A stretch of DNA of 64,000 nucleotides from Nitrospirota bacterium (lineage in GTDB: Bacteria; Nitrospirota; UBA9217): NCBI GenBank assembly GCA_963840455.1, contig CAWIYV010000014.1:480001-544000 (forward strand). The letters run 5' to 3'. Of this stretch, positions 57,687-64,000 are shown one piece after another. The stretch's first letter is position 1. Every line of letters starts with the position of its first letter. The notes below the pieces were generated by a model, which worked only from the letters and a program-made list of their open reading frames with translations, ran no database searches and was not told the DNA's origin. The position numbers were made by a program, and so were the translations under genes.

Positions 57687-58025
57687 CTACGGAAGGTCCG
57701 AACCTCCCACCGGGCTGAGAAGCGTGTCCCAGATCCTGGTGTTCTCGTCAACATTCGCCACTCCTCCTGCTGCCTCGCCTCTTGCTTCCGAATTGTCCAT
57801 TAAGAAGGCGTCATGATACAGGGCTGTACCAATCTCCATAGGAACTTCACGTTCTCCTTTCACCGCGAAGTCCTTGCTGATTGCAGTGTCAGGGGCAGCA
57901 AATGCGCTGACATACAATTCTGTGCCAACATCCTTTCCGGCCATGATGGGGAACTCATCTGCATAAGCCACTCCGACGGCTATCGTGAACGCCATCACTG
58001 TCAATATGGTAGTAAATATCTTCAT
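57687..58025 (-). CDS. Small secreted acidic protein
   Basis: Signal peptide ending AYA, internal repeat GTELY/GTALY; GAGG RBS. Confidence 0.65.
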   Translation of the reverse strand: MKIFTTILTVMAFTIAVGVAYADEFPIMAGKDVGTELYVSAFAAPDTAISKDFAVKGEREVPMEIGTALYHDAFLMDNSEARGEAAGGVANVDENTRIWDTLLSPVGGSDLP

Positions 58026-58278
58026 GGTTTATACCTCTCTTTCCATACAGCTTCATTGCTTGATTAGAGTATAGCACCGAACTGGCTATTGTCAAGAAAG
58101 TGCGCAACTAATTGACATTGGATGGAATATATAAGGTTTTAGGGGGAGGGGAGCAAAAGCGTCAAAACAGTGTCAATACAACCTTGTGTAAATTTTCTGC
58201 AAAGGGGATGATTGTCCATCCAAAGTATTAGCCATTGCATGGTCATCTCTTGACGCCTTTGTAGTTCGATGATTTAAT

Positions 58279-58386
58279 TGAATCCAGGAGCGAGAGCATT
58301 CCCCGTAGCTTGCTGCGGGGTTCGTGAGCGATTAGAATAAATAGTACTACCTTGAGGATCGAGGATTCAGCTTGCTGCAGGGAGCT
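58279..58386 (-). mobile_element. ~112-bp element copy, minus strand
   Basis: tgaatccaggagcgagagcattccccg...gcttgctgcagggagct|TCAA. Confidence 0.75.
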
Positions 58387-58486
58387 TCAATCATAATGCA
58401 GGCGGGCAGGCAGCAAATTACGAATCAATGCCTTGCAGGGAACATATGCAGGGTTTTTTCATTGGCATCAGATGAGGAGGATGGTT

Positions 58487-58759
58487 ATGACCATGCGGTT
58501 CCCGAGGCTCACGGGCAGGATATCTATCACCGAAGAGGAGGGGAAGGTCGTCATCGCCGGGGACCCCGAAGGCCTGCGGTCCTTCGGCAGGCTCCTGACC
58601 TGGCTCGGCGATGCTGACCAGGAGCAGTGGCCCTACCTGCCGCCTGGTGGCCATGCTCATATCCACGTCTACCCGAAGGACGACCTCAGCCCGGATTCGC
58701 GTGAGGTGGAGCTGATGCGTCTGGACGCAAAGCGATCCTCCGGATCTGCAGAGCAATGA
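58487..58759 (+). CDS. Imm32-like orphan immunity protein
   Basis: VIAGDPEGLRSFGRLL...HIHV...RLDAK pattern; GAGGAGG RBS. Confidence 0.5.
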   Translation: MTMRFPRLTGRISITEEEGKVVIAGDPEGLRSFGRLLTWLGDADQEQWPYLPPGGHAHIHVYPKDDLSPDSREVELMRLDAKRSSGSAEQ

Positions 58760-58824
58760 AGCGTCTTCGGCGAGCACCCTCTCGCTCAACGCATCAGCGG
58801 AAGGCTCGATGATGCCCAGACCAT

Positions 58825-59532
58825 TCACTTCCTTCTTAATAGCCGCTCCAAACCCTTCTCCAACAGTTTTTCGGCGCCTGCCTTACCGACCTCGGTGCTC
58901 ACCTCAGCGAGGATGGCAGATACGATCTGCTTCGCCACTTCTTCCGGCGGCGCGCCATTCTTTCCGCCGATATCGGTCATTTCGATCCGCGATAGCGCGA
59001 CGGTCCGCGGCTTCCCGCCGAGCGCGGCAATGCGGATTTCAGTCTGGGCATTCTCGATCACGAGCCGCTTTATCCGGAGACGTTTTTCAACGCCCTTCCC
59101 GCCCCTGTCCCCGGTCCTCGACGGCTGGCCTGCCGCCAGGTTCTTCTTGAGCGCATCGACGTTCGCAACACCGGTTTCGTTCATCTCGTAGACCACCAGC
59201 GGAGCGGCGATGCGGATGTCGTCGATCACCACGGGGTTCGAAGCGATGGTGCGGGGAGCAATGCGGACGCTGATGCCGCCGAGCGAAAGGATATGGGGCG
59301 CCGAATACCCCGGCGGGTTTGCGACGGTCAGCCCCTCGATCGCCCCCTTGCCCTGCGCAGGACGGATGGATATGCGGTCGACCCGCACGGAGGTCCCTGT
59401 TGCTTGCGACCCGTAGCGTTCGATGGCGTTCTTGACGATCCCGTCGAGGTTTGTCCAGAGGAAGGTCAGGCCTGCGGCCAAGAGCAATCCGGCTGAGGCA
59501 AGGATCACGAGGAATTTCCGTGTGCGAGTCAT
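58825..59532 (-). CDS. AsmA-like protein
   Basis: N-terminal TM, IERYGSQATGTSV, LTVANPPGYS motif. Confidence 0.75.
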   Translation of the reverse strand: MTRTRKFLVILASAGLLLAAGLTFLWTNLDGIVKNAIERYGSQATGTSVRVDRISIRPAQGKGAIEGLTVANPPGYSAPHILSLGGISVRIAPRTIASNPVVIDDIRIAAPLVVYEMNETGVANVDALKKNLAAGQPSRTGDRGGKGVEKRLRIKRLVIENAQTEIRIAALGGKPRTVALSRIEMTDIGGKNGAPPEEVAKQIVSAILAEVSTEVGKAGAEKLLEKGLERLLRRK

Positions 59533-59766
59533 ACTGTCTCCTGTGATGGCCGTTCGGTCATAAAACGCTGCGTCGTCCTGAGCACTCCCTTGCAAATGGA
59601 CCTTTATACCGGTTGCAATGCATGAGGTCAATCGAATCCCGTATCACGCGCAACGAGCGCAGAACCGCACAAGAGCCTTGTACTTCATTTAAGACATATT
59701 CCGCATCCGCATCTCCGGAAGAGTATCCGGTGGTTTTCAAAGCCTTCGGGAAACTCTCTCATTCTG

Positions 59767-60228
59767 TTATTTCTCAGCTATCGCTTTCATGATGCTGTTC
59801 TTAATGTTCTGATAAAAGGGCAGAAGCTGCGGCATGAGCTCTTTCGGTCCGACTTCAGTGTCCCCGGATACCTCGCCGGTCTGAAACTCCATCTCTACGG
59901 TGCTGTCCGCGACCTTCACCTTCAGCGTATACCCGACCGTTCCTTCATGGAAATGAAGCTGGAATGAATCAACCGGTTTTGACCACCGATAGGACCCTTT
60001 TGCGGTGATCGTTCCTGATCCTTTATCGGACTGTTGCACGATGTTTTTGCCGCCCTGGTAGTGTTCCGACAACCAGTTTGATGCGGCCAGGAATGCGGCG
60101 TCTTTTGTCTTGTGATGCTCCTCGCTGAATGTAACCGCTCCTTCCCCCTTATCCCCCGGGTCGTGAACAGCGGGCAGTCCCGCACATCCTGCGAGCAGCA
60201 AAGCCAATGCCAACGCAACGTTCTTCAT
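59767..60228 (-). CDS. Lipoprotein (DUF4468-like)
   Basis: LAGC lipobox, NWLSEHY and DKGSGTITAKG; AAGGAGG RBS. Confidence 0.7.
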   Translation of the reverse strand: MKNVALALALLLAGCAGLPAVHDPGDKGEGAVTFSEEHHKTKDAAFLAASNWLSEHYQGGKNIVQQSDKGSGTITAKGSYRWSKPVDSFQLHFHEGTVGYTLKVKVADSTVEMEFQTGEVSGDTEVGPKELMPQLLPFYQNIKNSIMKAIAEK

Positions 60229-60313
60229 AATAACGCTTTGCCTCCTTATTTGTGATAGCTGTTGAATTCGCGCAATTCGTATTGCATATCCATTGGATAT
60301 CCCGTGGTTCATC

Positions 60314-61480
60314 CTATGATGTCCTGAGCGCCTCCACGATGTTCATCCTGGCTGCGCGGAACGCCGGCAGGACGCCGCCCACGAACCCCATGATGAACGA
60401 GAAGACGAGCGACCGCGTCACGATGTCCGGTGTGAGGGCAAAGGAGAAGGCGAGCTCCGAGAAGGTCTGCCAATTGACGGTCGAGACGGTGAAGAGCTGC
60501 AAAAAGGACGAGAAGAAAAGCCCCATGACGCCGCCGGCGAGGCCCAGCAGCAGGGACTCCATCAGGAACGCGGCCATGATGCTCCTTCTGCGGAAGCCCA
60601 GGGCCCGGAGCGTGCCGATCTCGGCGGTGCGGTTGGCCACGGCCGCGTACATGGTGATCATGGCGCCAATGACCGCGCCAAGGGAGAAGATGAGGGTGAG
60701 CGTCATGCCCATGATCCTGAGGAAGGTGGCCATCATCTCGGACTGGTCGCTGTAGTACTTCGTCTCGCGCTTCGCCTCCACGGTGAGGCGGGGGTCAGTC
60801 TCGAGACGCTCTTTCACCTTCGGGAGCTCCGCCGCGTCCCGCAGGCGGAAGAGCACGGATGAATAGACCGGCCTGCGGAAGGCCTGCATGAGCTGGTCCA
60901 CGTCGCCCCAGATCTCGGAGCTGAAGCCCGTCGCTCCCGCGTCGAAGGTCCCCACCACGGTCCAGTCCCGCATGCCGAAGCGCAGCGTCTCGTTGATCCC
61001 GCCGCCCTTGAACCGTTTCGCCACGCTCTGGCCTGCGATCACTTCCAGCGACCCGGGCCGCGGCATATGACCCTCGATGAGCCTTACCTGCGGCCGGAGC
61101 GCGAGCGACTCCTGGCTGATCCCCCGGATCACTACGTTCGATGGCTTGTCCGTGCCGCGCTTGGGCAGGGAGATGAGGACGACCATCTCCTTGGCCAGGA
61201 GCAGCCTGCCGTCCGTGCCGACGGCGATCTCCGGCTGGGTCGCGACCAGGGCGGCCTGATCCCGGTCCACTCCGCTCTGCACCTCCGACTGCGAGGCCTT
61301 GCGGATCACGACCATGTTGTCGGTCGAGCCGGTCGCGATCAGTGTCTTCCGGAGTCCCGCGGCCAGCATCAGGGTCGCCGCGAATACGAAGACAACAAGC
61401 GCCATGCCCGAGGCGGTCAGCACCGTGGTAAGACGGCGGGTCCAGAGGTTCCGGAAGCTGTAGAAGAAAGGGATAGCCAT
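60314..61480 (-). CDS. ABC exporter permease (MacB/FtsX family)
   Basis: RNLWTRRLTT, RTAEIGTLRALGF and PAFRAAR motifs. Confidence 0.92.
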   Translation of the reverse strand: MAIPFFYSFRNLWTRRLTTVLTASGMALVVFVFAATLMLAAGLRKTLIATGSTDNMVVIRKASQSEVQSGVDRDQAALVATQPEIAVGTDGRLLLAKEMVVLISLPKRGTDKPSNVVIRGISQESLALRPQVRLIEGHMPRPGSLEVIAGQSVAKRFKGGGINETLRFGMRDWTVVGTFDAGATGFSSEIWGDVDQLMQAFRRPVYSSVLFRLRDAAELPKVKERLETDPRLTVEAKRETKYYSDQSEMMATFLRIMGMTLTLIFSLGAVIGAMITMYAAVANRTAEIGTLRALGFRRRSIMAAFLMESLLLGLAGGVMGLFFSSFLQLFTVSTVNWQTFSELAFSFALTPDIVTRSLVFSFIMGFVGGVLPAFRAARMNIVEALRTS

Positions 61481-61510
61481 GATGAAAACCCATTCAATAT
61501 TCAGGATTGG

Positions 61511-61621
61511 CGCTCCCTGCAGCAAGCTGCAGGGAATCTTCGATCCTCAGGGTTGGTTATTATCCTAATCGCTCGCTAGCCCCGCGGCAAGCTACGGGGA
61601 ATGCGCTCGCTCCTGGATTCA
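61511..61621 (+). mobile_element. ~112-bp element copy
   Basis: gctccctgcagcaagctgcagggaatcttcgatcctcagg...gcgctcgctcctggattca between the two permease genes. Confidence 0.78.
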
Positions 61622-61692
61622 CCATTCAAGAGTAAGATGCCGATGCCGTCATGATCATATTGAATTTTGAACATTGAATCTTCGGTCCGTAA

Positions 61693-62850
61693 TTACGCTA
61701 TCCTTCTCAGTCCGTCTGCGATCCGGATGGTCGCGCCGCGCCAGGTGGGGAATATCCCGGCGACCGTTCCGACGATGAAGGCGGCCAGCAGGTCAAGGTA
61801 GATGGTCTCAGGCGTGATCCGGAAGACCGGGATGAACTGCCCCAACTTCTGGCCGGTCCATTGGGCGGCAGGAAAGGAGAGCGCCACACCCAGCACCCCC
61901 CCTGCCATGGCGATGACGAGGGACTCGCCGAACACCACGCCCGCCACATGCCATGCGCCGAAGCCCAGTGTCTTCAGCGTGGCGTACTCGGCGATGCGCT
62001 CCCGGGCCGTCATGGCCATGGTGTTCGCGGCCACGACCATGATGATCACGATGACCACATAGGAAACGAGCCGGATGGCGATGATAATGGCCTCGGTCAT
62101 GGACACGAAGCTCATCTGGAACGCCCGTTCCGTCTCGGTGAGCGTCTCGGCCAGGGAGTTCTTGAACATGCCGTCGACGAAGAGCGAGACCTCAGCTGCC
62201 AGGTCCGCGCTGGAGAGCCCCAGGACGTAGATGCCCACCATGTTGGCCCGGCGCGGGATGGTCTTCTTCATCACCTCGTTCCAGTAGTCCCAGTGAAAGA
62301 AGAATTGCGTCTCATCAGTGCTCTTTTCCGCTCCCTGGTAGATGCCGCGGACGACGAATTCCCAGTCGCCTGGACTGATGGTCCCTTTCAGGACGACGGT
62401 ATCGCCGATCTTCCAGCCGAACCGCTCGGCAATGTTGCGCCCGACGACGCACCCCTTCCGGTCCAGGATGAACGCTTTTTTCTGCTCGGGAGGGAGCACG
62501 AATTCCGGGTACAGGTCGAGATAGGTCTTCGCGTCCACGGCGAAGTTGGGGAAGAAGTTCTTCTCGGTGATGTACACGCCGCCGAACCAGTTCGCGTAGG
62601 ATACTCCCCTGACGCCGGGCACCTGGCGTATCTTCTCACGGTAGGAGAGGGGCAGGGAGAACACGAGCGAGATGGCGTTCCGGGTGACGAGCCGCGACGC
62701 CGACGACGATTCCACGCCGAGGTACCATGCGGCGACGAGGGTGCGCAGGAGCCCGAAGGCCAGGACGGCAATGGCGACGCCGACGACGGTGAGCGAGGAC
62801 CTAAGCTTGTGGCGCAGGGCGTTCCGGAGGATCAGTTTCAGAAGGAACAT
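61693..62850 (-). CDS. ABC exporter permease (MacB/FtsX family)
   Basis: [18 protein letters not shown] and [15 protein letters not shown] motifs. Confidence 0.92.
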   Translation of the reverse strand: MFLLKLILRNALRHKLRSSLTVVGVAIAVLAFGLLRTLVAAWYLGVESSSASRLVTRNAISLVFSLPLSYREKIRQVPGVRGVSYANWFGGVYITEKNFFPNFAVDAKTYLDLYPEFVLPPEQKKAFILDRKGCVVGRNIAERFGWKIGDTVVLKGTISPGDWEFVVRGIYQGAEKSTDETQFFFHWDYWNEVMKKTIPRRANMVGIYVLGLSSADLAAEVSLFVDGMFKNSLAETLTETERAFQMSFVSMTEAIIIAIRLVSYVVIVIIMVVAANTMAMTARERIAEYATLKTLGFGAWHVAGVVFGESLVIAMAGGVLGVALSFPAAQWTGQKLGQFIPVFRITPETIYLDLLAAFIVGTVAGIFPTWRGATIRIADGLRRIA

Positions 62851-62952
62851 GCTCGGCCCCCCTAGGGGAACATCCAACAGCATTTTTCCAAAGAGGTCAC
62901 AACGTTCACCGAGAAAGGTACAAGCAGCTGCTGGCGAGCTATCAAGCCCGCG

Positions 62953-63032
62953 CCGTCATGCCGAGTGCTTCTCTCGGGGAAGCCAGGGTCATGCGATCGA
63001 CGACTGGATTCCCGTTTTCACGGGAATGACGG
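62953..63032. repeat. REP/RS3-like inverted repeat pair
   Basis: ccgtcatgccg...gccag ... ctggattcccgttttcacgggaatgacgg. Confidence 0.6.
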
Positions 63033-63105
63033 AATACGAGAGAAACAGAGGCCGATCCGCACGACTGCCTGCCCTCTCAACCTCTTATCCTCCCCCTTCG
63101 GCCGT

Positions 63106-63804
63106 TCACCTGCTATTATCGCTCAGCACGCCCTTTTCCAGGTGGCGGACGAGGTGGGCCCGCTCCGCAGCCCGGGGATCATGGGTCACCATGATGATGG
63201 TTTTGCCGAACTCCTTGTTCAGCCGCCCCATGAGGCCCAGCACGTCCTCGGCCGAGACGCGGTCCAGGTCCCCCGTGGGTTCGTCGGCAACGAGGATGGT
63301 CGGGTCCGTCACCACGGCGCGGGCGATGGCAACGCGCTGCTGTTGGCCGCCGGAGAGCTGGGAAGGGTAGTGGTCCATGCGGTCCTGGAGGTTCACGACG
63401 GCAAGGGCCATCTCGACATGCTCGCGCCGCTCCCTGCGGGAGAGCCCGGTGAGCAGGAGCGGCAGCTCCACGTTCTCGTAGGCCGTGAGCACGGGCATAA
63501 GGTTGTAGAACTGGAAGATGAACCCAACGTTGACGGCGCGCCACTGCGCCAGGTCGGTCTCGGAGAGGGACGAGATGTCCACGCCGCCGATGGTCACCGT
63601 GCCGCTGTCCGCCTTGTCGATGCCGGCGAGGATGTTGAGCAGCGTGCTCTTGCCCGAGCCCGACGGGCCCATGAGCGCCAGGAACTCGCCGTCACAGATC
63701 TCGAAGGTGATGTCCTCGAGCACCGGCACGGTCTGGGCCCCGCGCCGGTAGGACTTGTTGATGTTCCTAATGGAGACTATGTTCTGGGGGCAGCGCTGTT
63801 CCAT
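63106..63804 (-). CDS. ABC exporter ATP-binding protein (LolD/MacB-like)
   Basis: [29 protein letters not shown] and VTHD motifs. Confidence 0.95.
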   Translation of the reverse strand: MEQRCPQNIVSIRNINKSYRRGAQTVPVLEDITFEICDGEFLALMGPSGSGKSTLLNILAGIDKADSGTVTIGGVDISSLSETDLAQWRAVNVGFIFQFYNLMPVLTAYENVELPLLLTGLSRRERREHVEMALAVVNLQDRMDHYPSQLSGGQQQRVAIARAVVTDPTILVADEPTGDLDRVSAEDVLGLMGRLNKEFGKTIIMVTHDPRAAERAHLVRHLEKGVLSDNSR

Positions 63805-63918
63805 ATTGAGGACCAGGGGTCAGGGTACAGGGGTTAGGAGCCAGGGGTCAGGAGAGTCATCGAGAAGACAATTCTTCCAGTTCCTGTATTCTGGCTTCTG
63901 ACTTCTGGCTCCTGTTCT

Positions 63919-64000
63919 TTACTTTTCCTTTCGTTTCACCTTCGAGCCGTTCCTGAGCTTCTTCGGTGGGTTCACGACGATCTTCTCTCCCGGCTTGATG
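63919..64000 (-). CDS. Efflux membrane-fusion (adaptor) protein, 3' end (partial)
   Basis: IKPGEKIVVNPPKKLRNGSKVKRKEK*, typical MFP C-terminus, upstream of the ABC ATPase. Confidence 0.7.
   Translation of the reverse strand, partial: IKPGEKIVVNPPKKLRNGSKVKRKEK

Overview
GC-rich bacterial chromosome segment. Gene content (futalosine menaquinone pathway, c7 cytochrome, A2-type caa3 oxidase, sigma54 regulator) suggests Nitrospirota or a Desulfobacterota-like lineage, which is an inference. Layout: the end of the spc and alpha ribosomal operons (rpsH 3' end to rplQ, 1-7.9 kb), a four-gene signalling cluster with an HD-GYP protein, two outer-membrane barrels, folD/fchA, ccdA-merR, a moaD-moaE fusion, htpX-lemA, mqnD/mqnB, aroC-aroK-aroB, a CCA-type nucleotidyltransferase, a c7 cytochrome and an MshEN-like protein, a cytochrome c oxidase operon, trpS, tRNA-Ala(CGC) with decayed tandem integrative units, an intact IS1595 element and a MacB-type ABC exporter. 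The least explained signal is non-coding. (1) Two tRNA-anchored mini-island units share one plan: att repeat, integrase tail, c-di-GMP-I riboswitch or its stub, Gly-linker lipoprotein, shared 29-bp motif. (2) A ~112-bp IS200/IS605-like non-autonomous element occurs 9 times. (3) A family of inverted arms with 9-nt periodicity occurs at five loci, one enclosing a GxxExxY nuclease gene. (4) Paired heptamer repeats occur between genes and also in frame inside one CDS. (5) 24-25-bp hairpins sit inside other repeats. All assignments are from reading the sequence by eye; no searches were run.
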